From sequence record PZ026127.1: a DNA stretch of 64,000 nucleotides; one strand, given 5' to 3'. The translations under genes were made by a program, and so were the position numbers. Below the pieces are notes generated by a model. That model saw nothing but the letters and a program-made list of their open reading frames with translations, did not search any database and was not told where the DNA came from. Position 1 is the stretch's first letter; every line of letters begins with the position of its first letter. Below, in pieces: positions 40,261 through 51,029 of the stretch. Origin of the DNA: a phage.

Positions 40261-42156
40261 ATGTCCGAACAATTGAATGAGGTATTTGACGGCGCTATAG
40301 ATTTATCAGCTGTCAATTTAAACCCTAAACTTAAAGTACCGCAGATTTGGAATATAAAGGCTGAAGGTAATGAGAACCTTGTTGCACGCATGGTTTCATA
40401 TACTTCTGAAGGTGATACAATCCGCCAAGTTAAACCGGGTGACAAATACGTTCATATTATTTTAATGAGCCTATCATCTAAAGGGGCCCCGGCAGAACTC
40501 AAAGGTGGTTTAGGTAGTAACCCCATTTCCGCTATTCGTTCTATATTTGATACGGTTTATGAACAAGTTAAAAAGCTCCGTATGGATGCCGTTATGTTCC
40601 GTTTTCCTACTAAGAAAATGAAAGGTCAGGAAAAAGCTGTACAACGAGTTCTAGCCAAATTAATAGCTACTAGAGCAGGTGGGCAATTCAAGGTCCTTGA
40701 TGCCTTGTATCAATATACAGGCAAACATTCATATGTTTTTATCTATCGTAAAAATAAAAATATAGAATCAATAAACGGTATTCCTAATATTAATCCGGAA
40801 TTGTATACTAAAGTCGAATCTGAAGTCGGTGATGTGTATGTTTCAAAGAAAACAGGCGAAGATGTTACCAAATTAGAAGCTATAGCTAAGTCTATAGACG
40901 AAATAGAAAAATCACGTTCTGATAAAATGGTTATAACCAAGACTAAGGTTTCTAAACGGGCCGCTATAAATGCGTTATATTCTACCGCCGAGCCTACAGG
41001 ATTGAGTAAATTTTCGGCAGAGCACAAAAAAGCTTATGCAGATTATTCTGCTACTAGTTCCGTTCATTCTTCTGAAGATTCTAAAGAAAGCCAAATAGCT
41101 TTAGCCAGTAATAAAATATTAAAAGACGCCTCTAAAGAAATGGCAGAATATTTGGATTATATTTTTAACGGTGTTAATCCATCATTTGAAGTAGACGAGC
41201 GCAAACTTAAACTAATTGCTGATATAAAGTTTGCTTTAGAGGCATCAGATTCTTTAGATAAATCTAATAGTGTCATAGAGGCTTTAAAATCAGGTAAATC
41301 TCATGTAGACATTCTTAGACTAGTCGCTGCGGCCCTTTTAGATGATTCAGTTAAAGGTACTTGGGCTAGAGAATCTAAAATCAAGGAAGTAATAAAATCC
41401 TTAGTAGCAGTTTATACAAAATCTATCCAACCGTTGTTTAAGATATCTGATAATCCTAATTTATCCAAACCTCAAGAAGAGGCAGTCAAAAAGTATACTC
41501 GTGGCGGCTACAACCATATAAACAACTTTTTGCTAGGTAAAACAGATACCACCGATGAAATGATAAAAATGATTGGTGAGTTGGATTCTACATTTGAAAA
41601 TGGTACAAAACTTCCTAAAGGAACCATAGTGTATCGTTCTCAGATAATGCCTACCGAAATGGCTTTGAATTCTATAAAACATAAGGTGATGTATCTTCCT
41701 ATTTTTGCATCAACTTCATTGGCTCCTAATATTTTCGGTGAAATGGGTCATGCTCAATCCAACTTAGACCCTGAAGCTCTTTCTAGCGATATAGATAGTA
41801 ATCTTGAAGACACCATTAAAAGTGCGACCGGAAGTGCTAGAGATACCATTAAGCTAGGGCTAATTATTAAAGGTGCTGATAAAATTAAGGTTATTGTGCC
41901 CGGTGACTTGGCTAATTGGTCTACAGAAACCGAAGTAATTCTTCCTCGTGGGGTTATGCTTAAGATTAATAAAGTATACGGTGCTTCCAAGGGACCTATG
42001 GGTTCAATTGGTAAATATGTTTTAGTGGAATGTGAAGTTGTAGCTACCGAGCAAATCACAGAGGAAAATTCATATAGCACCGGATTCTCGTTTGGAAATT
42101 ATGATAGAATTATGTATGAAGATTCTATGGAAAAATTAGCAAATTTATTTAAATAG
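40261..42156 (+). CDS. Alt-like ADP-ribosyltransferase, paralog 1
   Basis: 631 aa; conserved Alt-type N-terminal module; C-terminal R-S-ExE ART signature (YRSQ, FASTSL, TETEVILPRG). Confidence 0.8.
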   Translation: MSEQLNEVFDGAIDLSAVNLNPKLKVPQIWNIKAEGNENLVARMVSYTSEGDTIRQVKPGDKYVHIILMSLSSKGAPAELKGGLGSNPISAIRSIFDTVYEQVKKLRMDAVMFRFPTKKMKGQEKAVQRVLAKLIATRAGGQFKVLDALYQYTGKHSYVFIYRKNKNIESINGIPNINPELYTKVESEVGDVYVSKKTGEDVTKLEAIAKSIDEIEKSRSDKMVITKTKVSKRAAINALYSTAEPTGLSKFSAEHKKAYADYSATSSVHSSEDSKESQIALASNKILKDASKEMAEYLDYIFNGVNPSFEVDERKLKLIADIKFALEASDSLDKSNSVIEALKSGKSHVDILRLVAAALLDDSVKGTWARESKIKEVIKSLVAVYTKSIQPLFKISDNPNLSKPQEEAVKKYTRGGYNHINNFLLGKTDTTDEMIKMIGELDSTFENGTKLPKGTIVYRSQIMPTEMALNSIKHKVMYLPIFASTSLAPNIFGEMGHAQSNLDPEALSSDIDSNLEDTIKSATGSARDTIKLGLIIKGADKIKVIVPGDLANWSTETEVILPRGVMLKINKVYGASKGPMGSIGKYVLVECEVVATEQITEENSYSTGFSFGNYDRIMYEDSMEKLANLFK

Positions 42157-42164
42157 GATAGATT

Positions 42165-44246
42165 ATGACCCAATTAAATGAAGTGTTCGAGTCCGAAGGT
42201 ACACTGCCTGTTGTGAACTTGAACCCAAAACTTAAAGTACCTCAGATTTGGAAGATTGGAGACGCGGAGTCTCAGTTAGTAGCACGTATGGTATCCTATG
42301 CTTCTGAAGGCGATGCTATTAAACAGGTTAAGATGGGTGATAAATATGCCCACGTTATCCTTATGAGCCTTTCAGCTAAAGGTTCGCCTGCCGAACTTAA
42401 AGGCGGCTTAGGCCCTACTCCTGTAGATGCGATTAATACTATTTTTGATGTAGTTTATGACCAAGTTAAAAAGCTTCGTATGGATGCCGTGATGTTCCGT
42501 TTTCCTACCAAGAAAATGAAAGGTCAAGGCCCTATCGTTCAACGTATTATCCAACGTTTGGTAGCACAGAAAACCGGTGGACGTTTTAAAGTGGTTCCGG
42601 CTATGTACCAATTTACCGGTAAACATACTTACATCCTGGTAGTCCGTAAACAAGCTGATATCGAAGATATCAAAGGTATGCCTGGAATTAATGCTGAATT
42701 GTATACTAAGGTAGATTCTGATGTCGGTGAAGTTTATATTTCCAAAAAAGAAGGTGTGCAGGTTACTAAAGAAACTGCTATTGCTGGCAGTATTGCTAAG
42801 GTTGAAGAACGTCGCACTGATAAAATGGTTATAACCAAGACTAAGATTTCTAGGCGCGCCATTGCAGCAAGCCAATCATTGGAATCTTATCGTAATGAAA
42901 GTGAATTGTTTAAGAAATATGAAGCTACTGCAGCGGATTTTAATAAACCGGCAACAGTTCCATTAATCCCTGAGGCTCAGGAAATGGTTACTAATAACAA
43001 TTCTCCTGCGGCTAAAAATAAGGTTGCTAATATAGTGGCTGAAGGCACTGCTGAAGAATTGCATTACGATTATAAAATGTTTCCTCTTCACGGTATAGGT
43101 GAAATCCAAGAGAAAATTAAAGAGAAAATTCTTACAGCAATAAAAAACGAACCTTTGACATCTGTTAAAGCTCTAGAAAAATATGCCTCTGCTATTAATA
43201 CCGTTTTCGAAGAATACAAAGGTGAATGGCTGGCTATCCATAACAGAACTCGTAAAGGCCAACCTGATGACCTTTGGAACGAATTGACAGAGGCCAAGTG
43301 GAAAGCAGCCAAGACTAAGTTCATTAAAAAACGTGTATATAGTTTTGCTGGTGTGGGTGGCGGTATTATGGTTGATATTACTATTGCTCGTGAGGGCTCT
43401 AAATATACCCCATCACAAAAGCGCGGAATCAGAGAATATTGTGGTTCAGGATATACAGACATAAATAATCTTCTTTTAGGACGTTATAATCCTCAGAACT
43501 ATGAGGTTATGAGCGAAAAAGATATCGAATCTGCAGTTAATAATTTGGATTCTGCTTTTGAAAACGGCGACCGTATACCAGAAGGCATCACAGTTTATCG
43601 CGCACAGAGTATGACTGCTCCTATATACGAAGCACTAGTTAAAAATAAAGTGTTCTATTTCAGAAATTTTGTATCTACTTCTTTAACTCCTATCATTTTC
43701 GGACGTTTTGGTGTTACCCACGCAGGTATTGGTCTTTTAGAACCTGAAGTTCGCAATGAATTGACAGTCGATAAAAATGAAGAAGGAATAACTATTAACC
43801 CTAATGAAATAAGAGCGTATAAAGAAAACCCTGATTACGTTAAAGTTCAAATAGGATGGGTAATTGATGGAGCCCATAAAGTTAATGTCGTATATCCAGG
43901 AAATCTCGGAATAGCAACTGAAGCCGAAGTTATTCTGCCGCGTGGATTAATGGTCAAAGTTAATAAAATAACAGATGCTTCTAATAATGATGGAACAACA
44001 TCTAGTAATACAAAACTCATCCAAGCTGAAGTTATGACAACAGATGAGCTTCAAGAATCTGTGGTATATGATGGTGACGTACTAATGGAAACCGGCGAGC
44101 TGGTCGTGTATCAAGATGATTTCGATACTTCCGAAAGCCCTGTATCTTTTGATTCATTTGTTAAATCTACACGGTTTGATGTACTGCCTCTTTTGGCTTC
44201 ATGCATAGACCTCTATGACATCCCAGAAAAATTCATCCAAGGGTAA
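42165..44246 (+). CDS. alt: Alt-like ADP-ribosyltransferase, paralog 2
   Basis: 693 aa (T4 Alt 682 aa); same N-terminal module; YRAQ, FVSTSL, TEAEVILPRG. Confidence 0.8.
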   Translation: MTQLNEVFESEGTLPVVNLNPKLKVPQIWKIGDAESQLVARMVSYASEGDAIKQVKMGDKYAHVILMSLSAKGSPAELKGGLGPTPVDAINTIFDVVYDQVKKLRMDAVMFRFPTKKMKGQGPIVQRIIQRLVAQKTGGRFKVVPAMYQFTGKHTYILVVRKQADIEDIKGMPGINAELYTKVDSDVGEVYISKKEGVQVTKETAIAGSIAKVEERRTDKMVITKTKISRRAIAASQSLESYRNESELFKKYEATAADFNKPATVPLIPEAQEMVTNNNSPAAKNKVANIVAEGTAEELHYDYKMFPLHGIGEIQEKIKEKILTAIKNEPLTSVKALEKYASAINTVFEEYKGEWLAIHNRTRKGQPDDLWNELTEAKWKAAKTKFIKKRVYSFAGVGGGIMVDITIAREGSKYTPSQKRGIREYCGSGYTDINNLLLGRYNPQNYEVMSEKDIESAVNNLDSAFENGDRIPEGITVYRAQSMTAPIYEALVKNKVFYFRNFVSTSLTPIIFGRFGVTHAGIGLLEPEVRNELTVDKNEEGITINPNEIRAYKENPDYVKVQIGWVIDGAHKVNVVYPGNLGIATEAEVILPRGLMVKVNKITDASNNDGTTSSNTKLIQAEVMTTDELQESVVYDGDVLMETGELVVYQDDFDTSESPVSFDSFVKSTRFDVLPLLASCIDLYDIPEKFIQG

Positions 44247-44249
44247 ATA

Positions 44250-46373
44250 ATGGAAAATTTAAACGAGGTTTTTGATAGTGATTCCGCTAAAAACTATCCA
44301 GTAACAAATCTTAAACCGGGTTCCGGTATTCCACAGATTTTCTCTATCCAAGCACCAGGTAACGATAACCTGGTTGCTCGCATGGTATCTTATGCGTCTG
44401 AAGGCGACGCTATTAAGATGGTTAAGGCGGGCGATAAGTACGTCCATGTTATCTTAATGAGTTTATCTGCTAAAGGCGCTCCGGCAGAACTCAAGGGTGG
44501 GTTGGGTACCGATCCACTCGGTACACTGAACACCATTTTCGATACCATATACGAACAAATAAACAAACTTAAAATGGACGCGGTTTTATTCCGTTTCCCT
44601 ACTAAGAAAATGAAAGGTAAAGGCCCTACCGTTCAGCGCGTATTAGCTCGTTTGGCTATGGCCCGTACCGGTGGTAAGTTTAAAGTTGTTGACGACATGT
44701 TCCAATTCAGCGGAAAACATACCTACGTTCTTTTAGTACGTCGTGGTGCTAATATTGAAGATATCAAGGGTATGCCTGAAATTAATGCCGATCTTTATAC
44801 TAAAGTTGAGTCTAAAGTTGGCGAAGTGTATGTTTCTAAGAAAACCGGCCAGGCCGTAAGTAAGGTCGAAGCAGTAGCGGCATCTATTGCACAAGTTGAA
44901 GAGAAACGTACTGATAAGGCTGTCATTACCCGTACTAAGATTTCCCGTCGTATGGCAGCAGCCGCACAGTATTCTACTGCCGAGCCTGAAACTTTGTCCC
45001 CTAAAGAATTGCAGGTTTATAACGAGTTTGAAGCTTCTGTACCGGTTCACACGGCTGAAGGCCCTGAGAATGAAGGTATTGAACAGATTAGTCAGAACTT
45101 TAAAAAAGGTGCTATTACTAAAATGCGCCAGGCTTCTCAGTTTAAATCTAAGAGCGAGGACCTTGCCAACTTTAGATACACTATTGCTCTCACACACGCT
45201 TTAATGACTGATAGTAAATTTAAACTAAATTATGCTAATAGAGATAAACAAGGGTTTGAAATTTACTCTAATAATATGGCATTTTTTAATACAGAAGTCG
45301 ATAGACTTTTAAGTGGCCTTTCGCAAATCAATACAACCAATAGTCTGGATATTATTAAGAAAATTGTTAATAACCTGAGTACCCGTTTTAAGGGTTCCCC
45401 TTCAGAGAAAGCATCTAGAATTGCTTTCGCTATGGAAGCCGTTTATAAACTGGTTAACGATTCTATTAGTGATGCATATGCTTATTCAGGCGAGCTCATT
45501 AAACCTAAGGACCTAACCAAAGACGAAAGCAATGCTATTATTGAATATTGCGCGGCTGAATATGCTCCTATGAACTTATTCCTTTTAGGTAAACCTGAAT
45601 CCGAAAACAATACAACGGCTATTAAATTGATTAAGGATTTAGACTCGGCATTTACTAAGGGTATTAAACTTCCTAAGGGTACTATTTTGTATCGTGGTCA
45701 GGATTTGCCATACAAAATTCTGCGCCATAATATCGATAACAAAACATTTTACTTTAAGAACTTTGTGTCAGCCTCACTAAAACCTAACATCTTTGGTGAA
45801 TTTGGTAAAAATTATATGGCCCTCGACAACCAAGCCGTTTTTGTTGGCGGTGAAGGTTCTTTATCCTCCGCTGATGAGTTGTTTAAATTGGCTAGTGGTA
45901 GTTCGTCTGATGTAGGTGAAGTCGATGACGAAGAGGTAGAATGGGAAGAAGACGAGTTTGGTAATCCAATTGCACCTGAAGGTCCTGCAGATAGAATTGC
46001 TGAAATTGGTATGGTTATTCGAGGTGCTGAAGCAGTTAAAGTTATCGCTCCTGGTGACCTTACAGAATATGCCGAAGAAGCAGAAATTATCCTTCCGCGT
46101 GGATTATTGTTGAAGGTTGATAAAGTAGCGGCTTTTGCCATGAATGATAGAGTATCTCACAAATACCTTATGGAAGCTACCGTAACACCTCCTTCAGAGC
46201 TCAGCGAATCTGTTTACGATGGTGACCATTTGATGGAAACTGGTGAAGTTCGCCTGATGGATGGGTTCAGTCAATTCTTGGTTAATGAATCTGTTTCTGA
46301 AAGCAACGAGGCTATGGAAATCCTTGCAGCGTCTTTGGATATCTCTTCTTTATCAAATAAATTCAAAATGTAG
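44250..46373 (+). CDS. Alt-like ADP-ribosyltransferase, paralog 3
   Basis: 707 aa; same N-terminal module; YRGQ, FVSASL, EEAEIILPRG. Confidence 0.8.
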   Translation: MENLNEVFDSDSAKNYPVTNLKPGSGIPQIFSIQAPGNDNLVARMVSYASEGDAIKMVKAGDKYVHVILMSLSAKGAPAELKGGLGTDPLGTLNTIFDTIYEQINKLKMDAVLFRFPTKKMKGKGPTVQRVLARLAMARTGGKFKVVDDMFQFSGKHTYVLLVRRGANIEDIKGMPEINADLYTKVESKVGEVYVSKKTGQAVSKVEAVAASIAQVEEKRTDKAVITRTKISRRMAAAAQYSTAEPETLSPKELQVYNEFEASVPVHTAEGPENEGIEQISQNFKKGAITKMRQASQFKSKSEDLANFRYTIALTHALMTDSKFKLNYANRDKQGFEIYSNNMAFFNTEVDRLLSGLSQINTTNSLDIIKKIVNNLSTRFKGSPSEKASRIAFAMEAVYKLVNDSISDAYAYSGELIKPKDLTKDESNAIIEYCAAEYAPMNLFLLGKPESENNTTAIKLIKDLDSAFTKGIKLPKGTILYRGQDLPYKILRHNIDNKTFYFKNFVSASLKPNIFGEFGKNYMALDNQAVFVGGEGSLSSADELFKLASGSSSDVGEVDDEEVEWEEDEFGNPIAPEGPADRIAEIGMVIRGAEAVKVIAPGDLTEYAEEAEIILPRGLLLKVDKVAAFAMNDRVSHKYLMEATVTPPSELSESVYDGDHLMETGEVRLMDGFSQFLVNESVSESNEAMEILAASLDISSLSNKFKM

Positions 46374-46402
46374 TTTACAACACCACAAGGATGTGGTACT
46401 AT
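46373..46402 (+). promoter_or_regulatory. early promoter
   Basis: GTTTACA, 18 nt, TACTAT. Confidence 0.55.
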
Positions 46403-46430
46403 TACCTTACACAAACATGAGGAGAACATT

Positions 46431-46721
46431 ATGAAATCTGCATTCCGTTTTAATGGTCAAGAACTGGTAGTTGAAAACGTTATCCCTGCTTCTGAAGAGT
46501 TTGACAGTGCAGTGGGTAATGAATTACGTCGAGTTTTCGGTGAAGACAAACAGTTTGATATCCGACCTGTTGAGAATTTTTCTTATCCAGAACAAACCGA
46601 AAACATTTTTAACGGTGTAGTGACAGGACAACTCGAATCCGAAGCTCCTATTTCGGTTACGGTGTTTGTTAAAAAGCAACCACTAATGACCACAGCAGGT
46701 TTCATTTCGTTCCGTAAATAA
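46431..46721 (+). CDS. hypothetical protein
   Basis: 96 aa; own early promoter and RBS GAGGAGAA; followed by bidirectional terminator. Confidence 0.5.
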   Translation: MKSAFRFNGQELVVENVIPASEEFDSAVGNELRRVFGEDKQFDIRPVENFSYPEQTENIFNGVVTGQLESEAPISVTVFVKKQPLMTTAGFISFRK

Positions 46722-46727
46722 ACCCCT

Positions 46728-46755
46728 AAAGGAGAGCATATGCTCTCCTTTTTTG
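46728..46755. terminator. bidirectional terminator between convergent + and - gene blocks
   Basis: Perfect palindrome AAAGGAGAGCATATGCTCTCCTTTT with T-run. Confidence 0.7.
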
Positions 46756-47685
46756 TTATAACAACCTCGATATTCCACTATTAACCAATCCTGTTAATCC
46801 ACTAGAAGCTCCTGAAAGTCGGCTTAATTTAGCTACTGAAGAACTCAGGGAATTGCTCTCACTTATACCCGCCACGCCTTTAAGGACTTTATCTTCCAAC
46901 CATTCATAAGCAGCTTGTTTGCCAACTGCACCAGTCTGTACACTTCTATAAGCAAATGTAACATCAAATGAAGCAATTTGGTTATCACCGTCGTAAGATA
47001 ATTCCGGGGAAGATACGCTCATTGGAACGCAACCATTAAGCATTACTACCGTATGTGGTAATCCATTACGGGAATGAAGGTTGACTTGAATGTCAGCTTC
47101 AACATCCTCCGGTAATGCTCTTAATTGTGTAATAGGGTCTTGAACACTATTGACCCAATCATTAAAAGCACGGTAGTTAGCAGCTTCAGAATCCATACGG
47201 AAGCTTAATACTAATGGAGAATATTCTCTTCCGGTAATTTTGATGTTAGGTGAGTTGTGGTTCAAATCCATTTCATAGTTCAAAGTATTATCCGGGATTT
47301 TAACGGCGTGGACTAAAAGACCTGCCGTAGGATAGGCCATATTGAAAAAATCCATCAGATATGTACCTACTTCAAACTCTCCTAGTAAGCTCTGCACAAC
47401 CCTGGATGACATAGCTCCAATCAAATATTTACTTATGCCTGACTTACGAATCAACTTCTGAGTGCCCGCTGTCACTAATGTCGTAACACCTTGGGTCAAC
47501 TCTCCTTGTGTAATACCAAACAAATCGCTATTCAATGGGATATTGTTAAATAAAGCTCCACCGAACTGGTCGAGGAGCGCTTGAGATTTAGAAGAAGGAA
47601 CCGTTGCAAATACCACACTAAACAGGTTATTCCTTTGTAGGTCAATATTAATTGCCTGATTCTGAAATTCTTGTAAAGTATACAT
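46756..47685 (-). CDS. 54: baseplate tail-tube initiator gp54
   Basis: 309 aa (T4 gp54 320 aa); synteny 54-48-29. Confidence 0.75.
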   Translation of the reverse strand: MYTLQEFQNQAINIDLQRNNLFSVVFATVPSSKSQALLDQFGGALFNNIPLNSDLFGITQGELTQGVTTLVTAGTQKLIRKSGISKYLIGAMSSRVVQSLLGEFEVGTYLMDFFNMAYPTAGLLVHAVKIPDNTLNYEMDLNHNSPNIKITGREYSPLVLSFRMDSEAANYRAFNDWVNSVQDPITQLRALPEDVEADIQVNLHSRNGLPHTVVMLNGCVPMSVSSPELSYDGDNQIASFDVTFAYRSVQTGAVGKQAAYEWLEDKVLKGVAGISESNSLSSSVAKLSRLSGASSGLTGLVNSGISRLL

Positions 47686-48773
47686 TAGAATCCTTCCGTA
47701 TAAAGTGAGCCACGGTTCAGAGTAATAATTTCACGGAAAGTAACTTCTAAACTAAACGTAGATGGTAAGTTAGGAGCAATAGCCAATCCGTTAAAATGGC
47801 CGTCCGGAGTTTTATCAAAACGGATACTCTGGATTTGGCATGGACCAAAAATATCTTCACGACCATCATATGAACTGCTATCGCCAAAGTTTCGGATATA
47901 CCAAATGGTCGGGTTACTTACCACAATAACATTAGAAAGGAAGCTTGTAATACTTTCCCCTAATAGCTTACCGTCAAACTTGTCAATAGCTTCTTTTTTA
48001 AACGTAGAACGATACCAGGTATCAATCTTCTCTTTTAATTCACCAGCGAAGGCTGAGTTGCCGGTTTCACCATAAGAATAGTAATTAAAGATTTCGTATA
48101 TTTTAATAATCTGGATAAGGTCTTGGGCGTTTCGTGGAGTCATTTCCCAGGTAAATACCTTAGTACGGTTATCCGGCCCTGCATACATACTACGGGCGGT
48201 AGTGTATATCTGCTCGCCTGAATCAGCCATTACGCCGTTAGTTACAGATTCCAATGCACCAAATACTGCAGTACTTGCAATGTTACTTAAAATACCTGTA
48301 GCAGTACCACCACCTTTAGTAATTAATGATTCACCGACATCATTAAATTTATGCGACACCGAATCCACGTCAGATTTAGAACGTGGGAGTAAAATATTTG
48401 CCAAAGCTTGGTTGTCAAATTTAACGCCCTTAGTATTTCCAGCAAATAAGTTTTTAACAGCACTATATGTTCCACTATTGCCTGTTAATTTGCTGGCTGC
48501 ACTTGAGAACTTTTTAGTCATTTGACTCGAACGGTCGTTACGCAAATCCGGAGATACACGAGAACTAAAATTATATGCGGTAAAAAGCAATCCATTTTTA
48601 TAGAGGTCGTTTAATACCATATCGGTTGAGGTATCATTACCTGAAGCCCGCTCAGCTGGATACTGAGCGGTTACCGTGGTTTTTATTGGTGGTGTTTTAG
48701 ATTGACCTGCGGAGGTCTTTGAACCTCCTTTAAACAAGGAGGCTACATCAAAGTCAAGTTCTTTTACTTTCAT
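47685..48773 (-). CDS. 48: baseplate tail-tube junction protein gp48
   Basis: 362 aa (T4 gp48 364 aa); synteny. Confidence 0.75.
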   Translation of the reverse strand: MKVKELDFDVASLFKGGSKTSAGQSKTPPIKTTVTAQYPAERASGNDTSTDMVLNDLYKNGLLFTAYNFSSRVSPDLRNDRSSQMTKKFSSAASKLTGNSGTYSAVKNLFAGNTKGVKFDNQALANILLPRSKSDVDSVSHKFNDVGESLITKGGGTATGILSNIASTAVFGALESVTNGVMADSGEQIYTTARSMYAGPDNRTKVFTWEMTPRNAQDLIQIIKIYEIFNYYSYGETGNSAFAGELKEKIDTWYRSTFKKEAIDKFDGKLLGESITSFLSNVIVVSNPTIWYIRNFGDSSSYDGREDIFGPCQIQSIRFDKTPDGHFNGLAIAPNLPSTFSLEVTFREIITLNRGSLYTEGF

Positions 48774-48781
48774 TATTAATC

Positions 48782-50518
48782 CTAATTAACTTTAGTAGCT
48801 TGACGCATACCAGGAGCAGGAGTAGAGGACTGTGGGGGCATATTATAGCTTGTCTTACTCGTTTTCTTGATATTCGTTTGCTGATTTATTTGAGTTGGAG
48901 CTTGCTGACTATATTTAGCATTTTCCTTTGCTCTCATTTGCTCATCAACCTTTTTAACCTGGGTATTTTCAGGAGATTCCGCTACAGAAGCAGGTTTAGG
49001 CTTTTCAGCTTCATTAAATTTCTCTAAAGATTTATTCATCTTATCAAGTAATTGCTGGATATTAAGGTCTTTCGGTGCCCCACCTTTAGCCATAATAGGG
49101 TCGGCCAATTGTTTCTCGATATCAGCTTTAAATGCTTTAGCATTTTCGATATCTTTAGAATCTGGCTTCATTATATTATCAGCGGTTTGTGTCAAACGAA
49201 TAATATCAGCCTGAGCTTTATCACGTTTCTTGAAATACTCTAAACGTTCTTCTTCAGGGAGGTCACGGAAGCTTGTGTCAATTCCACCTGCGCGTAATTG
49301 GTCGGCTTGTTCTTTAGTAAGATTACCGTATTTCTCTGCCTGGTTTATAAGCTCAGGTTTATCCTTATACTTCTTATTCATTTTCTCGGCTGTTTCTAAA
49401 GCCTCGGCTGAACGTCTATCATGGTACTTGGCCACTTTAGTTTGGTCTTCATCGTCCAAAGTGGCTCCGGTATTTTGCTGATATGACATTAAAGCAGAAG
49501 CCTCTACGTTTTCAGCTAAATCACCCATACCAGGTATTTTACTTAAAATAGCAGAAATCAACTTAGAAATACCAAGCATTAAAAGTTGTGCCATATTTTT
49601 GGTAAGATTAACCATACCACGAATAATAGCTTCAGCCAGACCTAACCAGTTTCCTTCACTAAACATGGCTTCAGCATTCTTGGCCCATGTCATTAGCCCT
49701 TCAAGTAATGGTCCCCACTCTTTAAACTTATCGTTAAATTCTTTCCACCCTGACTCAAATTGGTCCATGAAATATTGGAAGTATACGCGAATGGCATCTA
49801 TACCAAATATTAAAAGGACTAAACCTGCTGCGAGTTTAGCAGCTTCAGCGGCAGCGGTAATGGTATACTTAAAAAGCATGCCTGAAATTCTATCAGCGAC
49901 GCCTATAGAAGCTTTAAATCCCTTTTCAGTTATTTTAGTAAGGGCTTCGATTTTCTCGGAAAGAGAAGTCTTATCACCTTCTTTACCTTCATCTGAATTT
50001 TTAGGAGGCTCAGGCATAAATTCGGCGTCAGGTTTATTATCTTCAGGTGGAAGAATATCTTCAACAACAGCAGGAACTTTAGGAGTTTCGGCCTTAGGTT
50101 CTTCTGGAATAGAGTCTTCAATAACCTTTAATGAGCTCCCTTCCGGTGGAATAGAAATACCAGAAAATTTAGCCTCCAACATATTAGAAAGCTTATTAAT
50201 CTTTTCGTTTAATGCATCCGAAAGAGCTTTAGACTGTTGGGTTTGTTCTGATATGGCTTCGGCCGTTAATTCTGTTCCAGCGACAACATCTTGGACGCTT
50301 TTGTCTACTCGGTCTACAGAATTAATAATCTGGTTAGACTTTGTCTCAACAACTTCAGAGAGCAATTCAGACGCCGCCTGGGAATCGGATAAAACATCTG
50401 ATATATTTCCTAATTCGTCGTTCTGAGTTTGGGCTAGCGCCTCAGCACGACGCTGAGGAGCCATTTCTTCAATCAGTTTATTGCGACGAAAACTATTCTG
50501 ATTAGATTCGTTCTTCAT
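48782..50518 (-). CDS. 29: tail tape measure / baseplate hub protein gp29
   Basis: 578 aa (T4 gp29 590 aa); long predicted helical/coiled-coil regions; synteny. Confidence 0.8.
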   Translation of the reverse strand: MKNESNQNSFRRNKLIEEMAPQRRAEALAQTQNDELGNISDVLSDSQAASELLSEVVETKSNQIINSVDRVDKSVQDVVAGTELTAEAISEQTQQSKALSDALNEKINKLSNMLEAKFSGISIPPEGSSLKVIEDSIPEEPKAETPKVPAVVEDILPPEDNKPDAEFMPEPPKNSDEGKEGDKTSLSEKIEALTKITEKGFKASIGVADRISGMLFKYTITAAAEAAKLAAGLVLLIFGIDAIRVYFQYFMDQFESGWKEFNDKFKEWGPLLEGLMTWAKNAEAMFSEGNWLGLAEAIIRGMVNLTKNMAQLLMLGISKLISAILSKIPGMGDLAENVEASALMSYQQNTGATLDDEDQTKVAKYHDRRSAEALETAEKMNKKYKDKPELINQAEKYGNLTKEQADQLRAGGIDTSFRDLPEEERLEYFKKRDKAQADIIRLTQTADNIMKPDSKDIENAKAFKADIEKQLADPIMAKGGAPKDLNIQQLLDKMNKSLEKFNEAEKPKPASVAESPENTQVKKVDEQMRAKENAKYSQQAPTQINQQTNIKKTSKTSYNMPPQSSTPAPGMRQATKVN

Positions 50519-51029
50519 TTAAGATATCCATGATTTTAAGCAATCCTTTGATAGGACCATTAGGACCAGGGATAGCTACAGTAGAAGTTATATCGTCGGC
50601 CCATGTAGCAACAAAGGCAGGCATATCCAGAAAATCTGGTACATCATCACCAAGATAAAGAGATTGTAGTACACTATCAACAGGACCAAATGTTTGAAAT
50701 GGTTCGTGTGATTTAAATTTAAATGTCTTACCTTGGAACTGGAATTCAAGTCGTTGGCAAATATAAAGGTCATTTAAATTATATGTGAATCCATCTTTAG
50801 TTACTTTTTCTTTTAATCGTCCGTTGAATTCTAAAAGGTGTAAAGCAGCAAAATCTGTTTCTGCTGCAGACAGTCCTTTACAAATGGATTCCATTGTCAT
50901 ATAGAGGGCCTTGTAAGGGTCCTTTTCATCTTTAACCAATTTCTGGTGTTTAAGACCCAATTTAGGAATGGAAATCTCTTTGTCACCCAGCGTTATTTTC
51001 TTGATCGGGAGTATCAGTTTTAAGTTCAT
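50502..51029 (-). CDS. 28: baseplate hub distal subunit gp28
   Basis: about 175 aa from internal ATG with RBS (T4 gp28 177 aa); track ORF extended. Confidence 0.65.
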   Translation of the reverse strand: MNLKLILPIKKITLGDKEISIPKLGLKHQKLVKDEKDPYKALYMTMESICKGLSAAETDFAALHLLEFNGRLKEKVTKDGFTYNLNDLYICQRLEFQFQGKTFKFKSHEPFQTFGPVDSVLQSLYLGDDVPDFLDMPAFVATWADDITSTVAIPGPNGPIKGLLKIMDILNEERI

